Shown: piece by piece, positions 12,870 through 24,624 of the stretch
Numbering within the stretch: the first letter of the stretch is position 1
How the letters are laid out: the number at the start of each line of letters is the position of its first letter
NCBI RefSeq assembly: GCF_036321535.1
Contig: NC_087437.1
Location: 61,444,001-61,508,000 of the forward strand
Direction of reading: 5' to 3'
DNA length: 64,000 bases
Origin: Camelus dromedarius
Lineage: Eukaryota
The notes under the pieces: model-generated
Database searches by the model: none
Told to the model about the DNA's origin: nothing
What the model saw: only the letters and a program-made list of their open reading frames with translations
Position numbers and translations under genes: made by a program

Positions 12870-13680
12870 AATTTAGCAAGCATCCATGGAGTGCCTACTA
12901 CATGCCAGACACGGTTCCAGGCACTTGGGATACATCACTGAGTAAAACAGATCCCTGACCTCATGGAGCTAACTTCTTATTGAAGAGAGAAGGCAAACAA
13001 TAAACACAACAAGTGAATTATATAGGGATGATTATTATGAAAACAAGGGAAACAAAAACAATTAAGAACCTGGTGTGTGGTGTGGAGAGGTGAGGGGCAG
13101 GTTGCTGTATTAAATAGCACCACAGGATTTAAACAATGACTCCAAGCTGGTGAGAAAGTTAGCCATGTGGATACCTGGGGAGGAACACTCCAGGCAGCAG
13201 AACTGCTAGAGAAAGATCCAGAGACCAAAGGCAAGGCCAAGTTCAAGAAGGACCAAAGAGCCCATGTAGCTGGAGCTATGTGAGAGGGCAGAACTGGGGG
13301 GCAGGGGAGCATGGCGTTGGGGTGTAAATGACAAAGGGCCCTGGGGGCCTCTGAGTGAGGTGGGAGCCACCCCTGGGGAGGTTTGAGCAGAGGAGTGATG
13401 GGATGTAACTTAGGTTTTGGAAGGACTAGAATAGAAACTGGAATAGAATCTGGGAGTTAGGAGGATTTTGCCCTAGTCCAGGTGAGAGATGAGGGTGGCT
13501 CTGACCATGGTGGCAGCAGACATAGTAGTGGGAGTTGGTCAGATTCTGAATATATTTTGAAAGCAGAGCCAACATGATTTCCTGCCAGACTGACGTGGGC
13601 TGTCAAAGGAAGAGAAAGGTCAAGAAAACTAGACTTCTCAGCCTGAACAAATGGAAAGACAGAGTTGTCATCAGCGCCAT
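12870..13680 (-). mobile_element. L2 LINE fragment
   Basis: GAGTGCCTACTACATGCCAGAC...CTCATGGAGCT...GTCCAGGTGAGAGATGAGGGTGG. Confidence 0.7.
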
Positions 13681-13852
13681 TTGGGTCTGGCTCTCTTGTC
13701 AGAGTACTGAGACTCCCCTCTCCCACAATAAGCCAGCACACATTGTAGGGATGGATGGATCCAACTCAGGACAAGGGCTCCAGTAAAGCCCGAGCACTGG
13801 GCTGCTAAGAGTTAACTCAGTAAAATATCCTTGAAATACAACATTGTGGTTC

Positions 13853-14345
13853 TGCTAGATCACTGAGCTATGTAGCCTAGCTTCACAGGCCACAGCACGG
13901 TTCTGGGTTCGTTGGGAGGAAAAACTTTTTCTTCTTTCAGCTTGGGTCCAGTGGTTGGAAGCCTGCAAGTTAACTGAGAAAAGATAGATGAATAGGAGAA
14001 AAGATAAAGTTGATTTATATGTGAACCAGGGAGTTGTTCCGTAATGAGTAACTCACTGAATAACCAGAGGCAAAGGTTTATATACCACACTTAACAAAGG
14101 GGTGGGGCTTAAGGCTCCTGTGGGGAAAGCAGGGAAGGTTCTGTTGGGCACTCTGTCTCCATGGCAGCTAACTGGCTGGAAAACCCCTTGGAGGGGGATT
14201 AATAGCAGCTGTATTTTTAGAAGGCTCTGCTTATTCAGGTAGGGGAAGCTCAGACAACCTTTCTTTCTGCATCTTCTGTAGGCAAATGTTTCCTCTTTAA
14301 AATAATCGTTATACCAACTCTGGGGCATTTGAGTGGGTTCCCACA
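13853..14345 (-). mobile_element. Probable solo LTR
   Basis: TG...CA ends; minus-strand TATATAAA; LTR-like composition. Confidence 0.5.
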
Positions 14346-15374
14346 GGTTCAAAATGTTGAGTGTCCACAGAATGTGTAGGTTAGGAGATGTGGTGAGAAT
14401 CATCTAAGTTCGCAAGGCCCTGGGCAGGGAAAGAAATCTGTGGCTGAAAGAACTGAAGGGATAAAGCATGTGTTCCTAGATGTCAGTGGGTCGGACACTT
14501 TTTGTACCCCACTTCAAGTTCTCTTGGCCTTGCCTCCTACTCTAGGTACTGCTGCAGGGACCAGTGTCCCAGGAGCGACCAGGCAGGGCCTTGCCATGTG
14601 TCATCTGGCCTCTGTCCCAGGGTTTCCCTGATGCCAAGTCTTGGGATACTTCTGGGAGCTGCTCAGTCCTCACATACAGCAGCAAAAAACTGGGAGAATT
14701 AGTTCCTGTGGAGTGACTTGTAAGCCACCAGGAATAGGAGCCCATGGACAGATGCTGCCCATTTCATTCCTGGGACAGACGGTTCTCAGACACATCTCAT
14801 AAGGCTTCTCAAGTATCAAAGAAGGTCTCAAGGATTCAACAACCGATCAGCCATAGGAGGGGCCAACTACATAACACCTCTTTGTGCTGGCTCTCCCTTC
14901 TTCCCTCCCACTTCCCATTTCCCTCACCAGCTCCTCAGGATTATGTTCCTAAATAACTTATTCAGGCTCTTCTTTCAGAGAGACTAAGCTTAAACAGACC
15001 CACTAGCTAATGACTGGACTCTGTGCTGACATAGGGCATCCTATGCTATTATCATTTACTAAAAGCAGGGTTCAGATTAGCAAAGGCCTAGAGCAAGGCT
15101 TGGGTGGGGGTAACTGGTCATTCCATTCAGTTGTAACAGAGGAGTGGGAAGGGGACTAGCAGGAGATAAGGCCAGAAATGTGCCCTGGGGCCATGTGGTA
15201 GAGGACTTTGCCTGCCATGCATGGGAAGTTAGTCTTATTCTAGAGACAATGGGAAGGCAGTGGTGGTTTCTGAGCGGGGAACTGGCAACACCAGAGCTGT
15301 GCTTTGGGCAGTACACTGTGGTACAATGTGGGTAGAGACCAGTAAGGGCAAGAGGACTATTAAGAGGTTATGGC

Positions 15375-15522
15375 GGGGGAGGGTATAGCTCAGTGGTAGA
15401 GTGCGTGCTTAGCATGCATGAGGTCCTGGATTCAATCTCCAGTACCGCCATTAAAAATAATAATGATTAAATAAATAAACCTAATTCCACCCCCACCCCC
15501 AAAATCCAACAATAATAACAAA
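15375..15522 (+). mobile_element. tRNA-derived SINE (Vic-1-like)
   Basis: A box TAGCTCAGTGG and B box GGATTCAATC; TSD AAGAGG(T/C)TATGGC. Confidence 0.9.
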
Positions 15523-17569
15523 AAGAGGCTATGGCCTAGGATTTCAGCAGTAGGATTGTAAAGGGGGCAGATGTGAACCATGTTGAGAAGTAGAACTAGA
15601 AAGACCTGGCACCTGCAGAAAAAGACCAGGGGCAGAGACAAGTAGAAGATGACCCTGAGATTCTGCAGTCTAAGAGGCTGGAGGACAGGGCACCATGCAC
15701 AGAGCAGGGGGAAGAGCAGGTTTAGGAAGGAAGGATTGGCTCAGCAGACCCGAAGGCCCCCGGCATTACTTTCCTAGTGCTTTGAAGTCCTGCGCACGAG
15801 GAGGCCCAGGGAGGACACTCCCCACACACCAGAGGAAGTACTGCCACTCCTGCCACCATGGGAAGAGGAGGGCATGGATAAGAGGCCACAGGGCTCAGGT
15901 CAGGCTACTTCGGGACTTACAGGCAGTGTGATGGAGCCCAGGAAGGATTATTGAGGAGAGAGGCAAGAATCACTTAGCCACAGGAGTGCCAGCTTCTTAC
16001 TTTCTACTCTCAAGAAATGTTTGCTATACTCACTGTAACCATCACAAAGCAGTAAGCACCATGAGCCAAATCTCTGTTTTATACTTTGTATGGCTGATTC
16101 TATGCACGCTTAAATGTGTTTACGACAACTGCAGGTTTCCATTTTCCTCTGGTTGAACCAATGCGGAAACACACAGGATGGCAGTGGGACACAGGAACCA
16201 CTGGGCCCAGTGACCATGGCCCCAGGAGGCCCAGGAGGGGTGGCAGAGCTCCAGGGTCCCTGCTGGCACCAGGTGGGGGAGGAGCGTCAGGGAGGCGTCA
16301 GGCTCTTTTCTTGAGTCCCTTCACGGAGACGGAGAGGGGTGTCCCCGGGAGGCTGGTTTGGAGAAGCTGCTGGACCTAAGTGAGCAGTTAGCAGAGGCCT
16401 GTTCCCTCTCCAGCTTATTTACGTGTCCCCAAATAACAGCTCTCTCATTGTACATCCACCAAGGACCAGGCCCTTCTGCAACTGTCCTACAAGGCCAGCT
16501 CTAGGACACAGATGAGAAAACGGAGGCTCAGAAAGTCTCAGAAGGCTGAAGGCTTGAGATCAGTCAGGATTTGAACACAGGTCTATCTGGCTCTCAAGTC
16601 CAAATTCTTTCCTTTTCACTATGCTGCCTTTCCTTCTGCCCAATGCCACTAGGCTGAGGGCCAAGGCCTCTCTTCCAGTACTGGGCAGCGAACTGGACAG
16701 GTCAGGGCTGAAGCCAAGACACAGAAGGAAAGTAAAGAACACAGGATGATTTATGGCAGAGAGCCCCAAACCATAGCCTGTGGACCAAATCTGTCTTGCT
16801 GTCTGTTTTTCATACAAATCACAAGTTAAGAATATTTTTACATTTTTAAATGGTTGAAAAAAGACAAAAGAAGAATAATATTTCATGACACACGAGAAGT
16901 AGATGAAATTCAGTGTCAGTGTTCATGGGCAGGAATCCTGGCTTCTACCCTAAAACCATGGCTGCAGTGGCCCTCTGCCCAGCTCAGGCTCTTTTCCCCC
17001 TTTGGTAACTACTTCTTGACTTTGGGGCCTCAAGGTCCAGGAGGAAGGAGCAGGTTGCCAGCCACCCCTTCTAGGAGCATCTCCAGGGCACTCACCACAC
17101 TCTGCATCCAGTCTGGATTGTTTCTGGCAGGGCTTGGTGGGTTCTCCATCCTCAGCACCATTTGCGGCACCAGGCTGGTAGTCCTAGGAGCTGAGAAACA
17201 GGGTGAAATCTCCTGTCCTCATCCCTGTCTCCCATGCCTTGCTGCTGCCCAACATCCGCAGCACCTCTCTGCAGACTCCTGTCCACCCTCAGGAGTCTAC
17301 ATGGAACAGGTCAAAAGGCATCTATACTGCAAGAGAAGTGGAGGCAGTTAGATGGAGTTCAGCCACCCCATTCCCCACGCCATTCCCCAACCACCAACAG
17401 AGGGGAACAGCAGGTGGCAAGGAGCAGTGGGGAAAGAAAGCTGGGAGGAATGTGTAGGCACTTTTGACATGAAATGGACAAAATGCCAGGGTCCTGGGAT
17501 TGTCAGGGACCTTAGGAGCCATTCAGTTCACATTTTCGCCTTGGCCTGAAGGACATGTAAGGTGCTTGC

Positions 17570-17764
17570 CTCTGTCCATCATAGTGTCCAGTTCTGCTGG
17601 GGGTGGAAAGGAGCCTGCATGTGAGTTATCAGAGTTGCAGAGAGCATGGTGGTCTGGGCAGCAGTCTGGTACCACATGGTAGAATTCATCACAGAAGCAG
17701 CTTCCTCTCTTGCAGTGGTAATCCATTCCAAGGCAGCAGAGGGGTTGAGGTTGGGAGCAGCTGT
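17570..17764 (-). pseudogene. SMBD1: SMB-domain exon of the SMBD1-like gene
   Basis: Acceptor ttcctttttctccag|AC, 195-nt phase 1-1 exon, C-x-C-D-x2-[C>Y]-x4-D-C-C-x-D-x4-C signature, donor AG|gcaagc (GC type). Confidence 0.85.
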
Positions 17765-17916
17765 CTGGAGAAAAAGGAATATTAAAAGAGACAGATTTAA
17801 AATGGTGTTAGGACAACTGGATAGTCATATGCAAAAGAATGAATTCTCTACCTCACACCATATACAAAAATTAACTCAAAACAGATCATAGATCTAAATA
17901 TTAAAACTATATAATT

Positions 17917-18346
17917 ATGAAATGCTTAGGCAGAAATGTTACAGAAATGACAGGCCAGCCAAGAAACAAGCACCACTCGGAGGGTTGGAGTACTCAGATT
18001 TATTACGCCAGCGGGCTCAGAGGGGCTTCTGCTCCGAAGCTCTGAGCACCTCCAAGACGTGCGCATGAGGTTTTATAGGGTTAATTACAAGTATGGGGCT
18101 ATTAGCCCATAAGGTTCAAACAACAAAAAGCAAGGAATCAGTACACTGGAGCTTATCAATTTGGAACAGATCACGTTACTGACACTTGTTGAGCTTGGAT
18201 TTACGAGTTAGCTTGTTAGCCCAGTAAACTGACACTAAACTTCAGATTTACGAGTTAGCCCGGCAGAACTTATATCAGTAAACCGACACTTATCACACTT
18301 AGATTTGTGACTTAGCTTGTTAGCCCATCTGGGCTTTTCCTTCACA
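17917..18346 (-). mobile_element. Solo LTR inserted in an L1 fragment
   Basis: Minus strand starts TGTGAAGG, has three ~40-nt U3 repeats (GATTTACGAGTTAGC-like), CCCTATAAAA and AATAAA; CpGs retained. Confidence 0.75.
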
Positions 18347-19273
18347 ATAAGATAGATGAAAATTGTCAAGAACTTGGATTAAGCAGTGGTTTCTCAGATA
18401 TGATACTAAAAGCACAAGTGACAAAAGAAAGAACAAAGTAAACTTGATCAAAATTTGGAAGTTTTGTACCTGTAAGGATGCTATCAAGACAGTCCTGATT
18501 TACAAAACAGTTTCACCAACCCCAGCTCCTATCATTTTCCCAAGGTGCTCAATTCAATTATTATCTTATCAATATCTACCCACTACAAGATGAGGGGGTT
18601 TATCTTCTTTAAGACATGAGGAGAGCAAGGCATTAGCAGGTAGGGACCATGGCCCCATTTACCTGGTGAGTCTGTGGCTTGGGTGGATTGGGCCCTAGGT
18701 GCAGTTCAAGCCTGGGAATCTCAAAGCTGCTCTTTATTTTACCTTGACCTTCCCAATTGTCTCCTGTTTGGTTAGCTCCTGCCTGGGGCTTTGTTTAGGG
18801 ATAAACTTGAGGACCTTTCAAAGTTGACAAGATCAACAGGGCTTAGGCCAGTGAGAGGATGTGGGGCTAAGTGGCTAACCTAGCCTGTTGTGGAGACGGG
18901 GACCAGCAGATAGGTGTCTGGTGAAAGGGGAGCAGCAGCCCAGGGAGGGCAGACCTCTCAAGGTGACAGTGGGCTGGGCTGGGTGGAGGCTTCTGAGTTT
19001 GGTCTGGCTTCTGCCTCACATTCTGCTTGGGAGCCTCCTGCAAATGATCGATTTCCCTTCTCACATCATCCCCCTTCCTGAGTGCCTGGTCCGGTGTAAG
19101 GCTGTCACCAAGACCAGGAATTACAAAGGACTAGAGCTGGAGAAGAGCCCCAGGGACTATCCAAATGAGGGTTATGGCCCATTTGCAAGTCAGAGATCAA
19201 TTCAGTGGTCATGATCAGCATTTATTTTAACAGTCTGGGATGGAGTGGAATGGAATAGAATAGAAAATATCCA

Positions 19274-19739
19274 TGTCAACTGAAATAAATGCGCAGCCTA
19301 AAAGTTGAGAGTTATGTTTCATTTGGAGGGAGGATTCGAGAGGGATGACAGCCTCTCAGATGGCTCTGAGGGACTGCTCCAAAGAGGCAGGAGAGGAGCT
19401 AGGATATACAGGAGCTTTACAACAAAGACTAGGTAGTTGGAACAATAAAAGATTACTTGTTTTCTAAAGAAAACCAGGCATCTCAAGTTAAAAGAATTTA
19501 TTGATTTTCTATGTATGGGAGGAAGCAAACATTTGGGCTCATTGAATTCATTCCTTTGACAAGCACCTAGCTGTCTAGGGCCAGTATCCTGTCCTTTCTT
19601 ATTCTGAGTCCTCTCAGAGAACACCATTGTGAGTGGCTGCCAAGGTTGGGCTGCAGGCTTGTCTTCAATGGGGGGTGGCAGCAGCGGCTGATGACTTGAT
19701 GGCTTCATTCTTTGTTTACTGATATGGTTTTCATTCACA
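19274..19739 (-). mobile_element. ERV1-type solo LTR
   Basis: TG...CA termini with a 4-bp TSD TCCA; interrupts an older DNA-transposon-like remnant. Orientation is tentative. Confidence 0.75.
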
Positions 19740-22700
19740 TCCACATACATTGTACATGTAAGTGTAAGTTGCTTAAGGTTTTTTTTTTTAATTTTTATTT
19801 GTTTTTATATCCATGTGTGTTAGTAATGGGTCACAGTATAAAACATATTTATGTGGATTGTGGCCAGAAAAGTTTGAAAGACACTGATCAAAAAATGGAA
19901 AAGCCATGTTGATTAGGTCATGCTTGAGCGGGTGACAGAGCTGGGAGCAGAACCAGCAATCCTGACTGCTTCCCTGCTTTTCCCACCACATCCACGCTCA
20001 GGGTTCGCCTTCAAACAGCCTCTGGTTGCACTTGCCACCTATCTCTGCTATTCTCTAAATACCCTTCATACTCCTGCTTTTGAGCTGTTTGTTCAAGCTA
20101 TATCCTCTGCTTAGAAAGCCCTTCCCTCCCACAGCCACTAGAAGAAAACATTCTTATCCTTTAAGGCCTTGATTAAACTCAACCTTCCTAGGGTTGCTCA
20201 GGAACTAGCTCATTATTCTGAGACTGATAAATGAAGACTTATTTATCCAGACTTTCCACACAAACCAAAGAGTTGACAAGGAAAAGGTCTTTATAGAAGA
20301 ACTCCAGCCAACAAATGCAGAAGGAATAACAGAATTAGAAAACCATCACTGGGCAACCCCTAATGAAAAAATGGAGCTGGGCAATAATCATCAGTGGAAG
20401 CCAAAACTATTAGAGAAAGTGGAACTTTTATAATGGACCTACCAATGGAGGCATTTGGCTGATCAAGTTTAACACCACTAGAAGTGAGACGACTAGACGT
20501 TGCATGTCTCCTTCACAAGGAAATAGGACATGGGGAATTCCACAGCCTCACCTACAGTATATTCTTACCCAAAGAAATGAACTTTAACTATCAGATTTCA
20601 GGAAATGCAGGGGACAGAGAAACACCTGTAAGGATCTGATCAGACAAATCCAGAATGCAGGATGGTTTATAGGACAAATGACTTGGTTTCTTCAACAAAT
20701 AAACAGCACGAAAAAAAGGAAGAAGGCTGTTATAGATTTAAAGAGACTTAAGAATGTACCAGTTAAATGTAATGTGTGGACCTTGTTTGGATCCTGATTC
20801 GAATATGCCAATTGCAAAAAAGCCTTTTTGACAATTAGAGAAACATGCATACTGATAGGTATTAAGTAATAGTAATTATTTTAATTATTTCAGCTCTGAT
20901 CAGGTATTGTGGTTATATATATATATATTTTTTAGTCTAGTGGATAAGAATGAGCAAAATGTTGATAATCTTCAAGCTAGCCAATAGGCCCATTGGGTTC
21001 ATTATACTATTCCCTCTATTTTTGTGTGTTTCAAATTTTCCAAAACAGAATTTTTTGGAATAAATTTGATCTATCCAGAGAGGCCTTCCTACATTACTCC
21101 CCCACAACCCCTCACCCCCGGCTGGGATGTAGGGATTGACTACATTTACTGGGATTAACTTTTTCTTCTTACTCTTAAAACCTATTGATTTCGATGTCTA
21201 ACATAGCATGAATCCCCATCTCCGTTATTGTTACAGTCTTCTTTCTGGAGGTATTCGTCTTACCACCAGCTTCTTGAAAGCAGGAACGGCATCCCTGTAG
21301 TTCTGGTATGAAATAATTTATATTTAATTTAACTAAAAAGATCCTAATTGACCTTGGGCTCACACTTGATCTCCCAGGGTATCCATAGGCCAGGACAGAT
21401 TTACAGTTCCTAACAGAGCTGACTGGTCCTATCAGTAAAATGACAGCACAATACGGGAAGGAAAGGCCACCCATGGTGACAAAGCACCCATTCACTCATG
21501 GATTCATTTTATTCTATCGAGCGACCCTCTGAGCGGAGTACCATGGTAGATCATAAACATACATTCCACTGCCCTGCCCCTCCCGACCCTCCAAAAAAAC
21601 ACCTTCCAGAAGCTCTAGCGAACATCACATCGTACTGTACAGTAAGTGCTGCGCCGCAGTGAGAGGAGAGAGCCGCCGGGTTGGTGGAGGGGCAGTGAGC
21701 CCACCCAGAATCCGCTTCCCAGTAAGGAGGTGGTGGTAGTTCAGGGACTCCTCTGTGACCATCCCATTGGCTTAAGACTAAGAAGCTAGTAGAAGTGGTA
21801 AGCTCTGGGCCAGAAACAGCCCCAAACAGGGCTGGGCGAAGAACCCAATGCTAACAGTTTGCACCCCTAGGGAGCAATACACTTTAAACATGTTTCACAG
21901 GTTTACAGAGAAGAGGCTGAGCTCTGCTGGGGAAGGGTGTGGAAAGGGGGCCCTGGGCAGCCTCCTCCTCCCTCTGCGGTTCTCAGCAATGCTGCGCCAG
22001 CCCCAAACTTGCAAACCCCACTCAGCCAATCTGCAGCCCTGCTCTTCCCCAGGAGTCCTTTTTACAAAGCAGTTTATCCACACATTTGTTGTTACTTGAG
22101 CATGCCCCTTGAGGTTCTCCCCCACAAAAGGTATTCCAACCAGTGACATCTAGTTTTCTCCCCGAAGAGGTTCTGGTAGATACAGCTCTCTCCACCCCAC
22201 TGCATTTCCAGGAATACTTTAGCCAACCATGTGGGTTGGTGCTTGGCAGTTGCCCAGTGAGTCTGCCTATTAATCTGGATCTGGGCTTGGCACACCATCT
22301 TCTCTCTTTCCCCCGACTGTGCATGTTCTAGAGCCTCATGCTGCCTCTACTCACAGGAACTTCTTCTGGACATTCCTCTGGACTCCCCATCCGAAGCTGA
22401 CCTTCCCAAGTGAATCATCCAAGGACACCTTATCCATATGAAGGTGGGTGCACAGAGAAACCACCCTAAGCATTGGTAGATGCTTAGTAAATGTCTGAAC
22501 AAATGAATTATTTAATTAATGAATTAGTGAACATAAGGAAGTATATCGAAGTATATCAAATTATATACTTTGATTGATACTTCCTAATCAATCAAAATGG
22601 TTGATTGAACGAATGAATGAATAAATGAAAGAGACTAGAGGCCTGGTCCCTTTGACCTGCTAGCCTGGCTCCTCACCTGTCTCCTGGTTTGGGGCCTCAG

Positions 22701-22786
22701 GGCTCAGCCACAGCAGGAGGAGGAGAACCAGCCTCATGGCCGTAGGCATCGAGCAGAGACAGTGTTTCAGGGACCAAGGCCAGGGC

Positions 22787-22794
22787 TTTTAATA
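22787..22794 (-). promoter_or_regulatory. TATA-like box of the SMBD1-like gene
   Basis: TATTAAAA 50 nt upstream of the Kozak-context gccATGA at 22737. Confidence 0.5.
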
Positions 22795-24624
22795 CCTACT
22801 CATCCCAGTAAGCTCATTTGGTCTCTGCACCCCCAGGGAGGAGCCAGCTGGCACTGGGGCAGCCACTGGCAGAGGACAGGGTGTGGCACCAGAACAGTGG
22901 CACAGGTGTCCCAGCTGCTTGGAATACCTTGCCCAAGCAGAAGTAATGCAGCAAAAAACAATTTTCCAGTCGCCTGGGGTTTCCAAGAGCAGGATCAGAG
23001 AAACCAGTATGATTACTGTCAGGGATTTTGGACACCTTCTAGTCTCACCTTCCCATTTTATAGATGAGGATACTGAGGCCCTGAGAAGACAAGAGCAACC
23101 GGAGTTCACACAGCTCAGTTATTGTAGAGCTGAGGTGAGAACCTCAATCTCCTGGCTCACTGCAGGGTTCTTTCAACCAAAATACAGCGGCATTATTCAG
23201 AGATGCCCCTGGGAGGTCCTATCTGCCAGGAAAATCAGCTGGGCAGCTCTGATCCCCCCAGAGTTGTTATTACTTGTCTACACCACAGGGCTATTCGAAT
23301 GCTGACAGAACAAGAGAAGGTTGAGGGATAGAGATTTGAGGGGAATCTCCAATAGGAAAATGTGAAAAGTAAGGTGGCTTGACTGGCCGCTGGGGAAATG
23401 CCTAACTATAGTCTGGTGTTGGTTATACACTTGACCCAACCAGGTTTCCATTCAATCTCTGCATGTGGCAGAAGTTCTCATTTAAAAGAGACAGTGAGTA
23501 CTTAAGATAGACTCAACAGCCATTCCTACTCACATCCTATCACCTTCCACTACAGAGGCCAGAAAAATTAAATCTTTCCCAACCTTCCTTCACTTGGTGG
23601 TCAGTGATATAGTTCTGGCCAGTAAAACATAGATGGAAATATCCTGGAGAACATCTGGAGTTTTGCTTTCTTATAAAATGGACAGGCAGAAGAGGAGAGC
23701 TTGCTGGCACTCCCCTTTTTCCTTCTTCCTGTTGTTAATGGGATGTGATGCCTGGAGCTGTGGCAGCTACTTTACAATCATGAGGCAACAATTACACAAT
23801 AGAAAAAGCCTGAGCCTCAATGACGTAGTTGAACAACTGAACCAGAGTCAGCAACTGCCTACCTTGAGACTTCTTGGTATGTGAGGGAAATAAACTCTAT
23901 TTGTTTGTTATTCTTACTTGAGGTTTCTGTAACATGCAACTGAAAGCATAACTATGTAGTGATAATCTTTGGAAGTGCTCAGGCTAGGCTGGAAATGCTC
24001 TTAGGGAGGCAGTGGTGGAGACTGCATTGAGTTGGAGGTTGGAAAAAATGAACCACAGAAGTCCCTTCTGGCTTAGACACTCTGGGGCACTATGAGATGG
24101 GGGAACTTTCCTTTTCTAACAGCCTCTAAATAGTTGCTACAGAGGACACAGAGAGACTCAGAGAACCTCAGGACTATAAATGCTTTCTGTCACTTTGTCA
24201 TATGCCTAAAACTCATTAACTGATTCAACAGTACTGTTTAAACACCTAGTCTAATACAATTCTTAAGGATTCCACAATAAAGAAGACAGAAACAGTTCTG
24301 CTTTCAAGGAGCTTCAGTCTAGTAGTAAAAAAGACAGACAAATTCACAAATACAATACATGATGATGACTATGAAAGGGAGAGACAGAGGAAGAAGACCT
24401 ACCAGGGGTCTGGGAGATAGAGGTGGAAGCAGGTGAGCTGGAAAGATTCTCTAGAATTATATTGTTTATGCCAAAATTTAGAAGATGAGTGGGATTTATC
24501 CAGGTGGAGCACTGAGTGGGATGGGAGAATGGTCCAAGAACAGGAAATGACACGTTTAGAAGTTCCCATGCCATATACTTAATTTTCATCATTCATTTCA
24601 ACTACTGTAAAATATTTCATCATG

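Larger units (their letters stand above)
16298..22737 (-). pseudogene. SMBD1: Secreted somatomedin-B-domain gene, probable SMBD1 orthologue, likely inactivated. Exons 22737-22677, 22428-22355, 19130(or 19136)-19065, 18917-18880, 18694-18663, 17764-17570, 17190-17096, 16375-16298
   Basis: Eight exons with consistent phases (1,0,0,2,1,1,0) give about 213 codons: signal peptide MRLVLLLLLWLS, linker, SMB domain CSQPQPLCCLGMDYHCKRGSCFCDEFYHVVPDCCPDHHALC, and C-tail ending LSVSVKGLKKRA*. In-frame TGA at 22417-22415. The gene name is inferred from the domain and the position between MUC20 and RUBCN. Confidence 0.8.

Noticed and set aside
15375..15445. tRNA-like sequence with A and B boxes, here and at six other sites
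   Set aside because: These are SINE heads with A-rich tails and, in several copies, TSDs; not tRNA genes.
16854..17351. 165-aa plus-strand ORF
   Set aside because: Begins in a DNA-transposon-like remnant and overlaps an SMB-gene exon in antisense; no coding signature.
18170..18330. Three spaced ~40-nt direct repeats, superficially array-like
   Set aside because: U3 enhancer repeats within an LTR in a mammalian genome; not a CRISPR array.
22415..22417. In-frame TGA as a selenocysteine codon
   Set aside because: No recognisable SECIS in the 3' UTR, no redox motif, and other lesions point to decay.
22535..22590. Imperfect inverted repeat GGAAGTAT...ATACTTCC
   Set aside because: Short AT-rich palindrome in low-complexity intron sequence; no evidence of a miRNA or other function.
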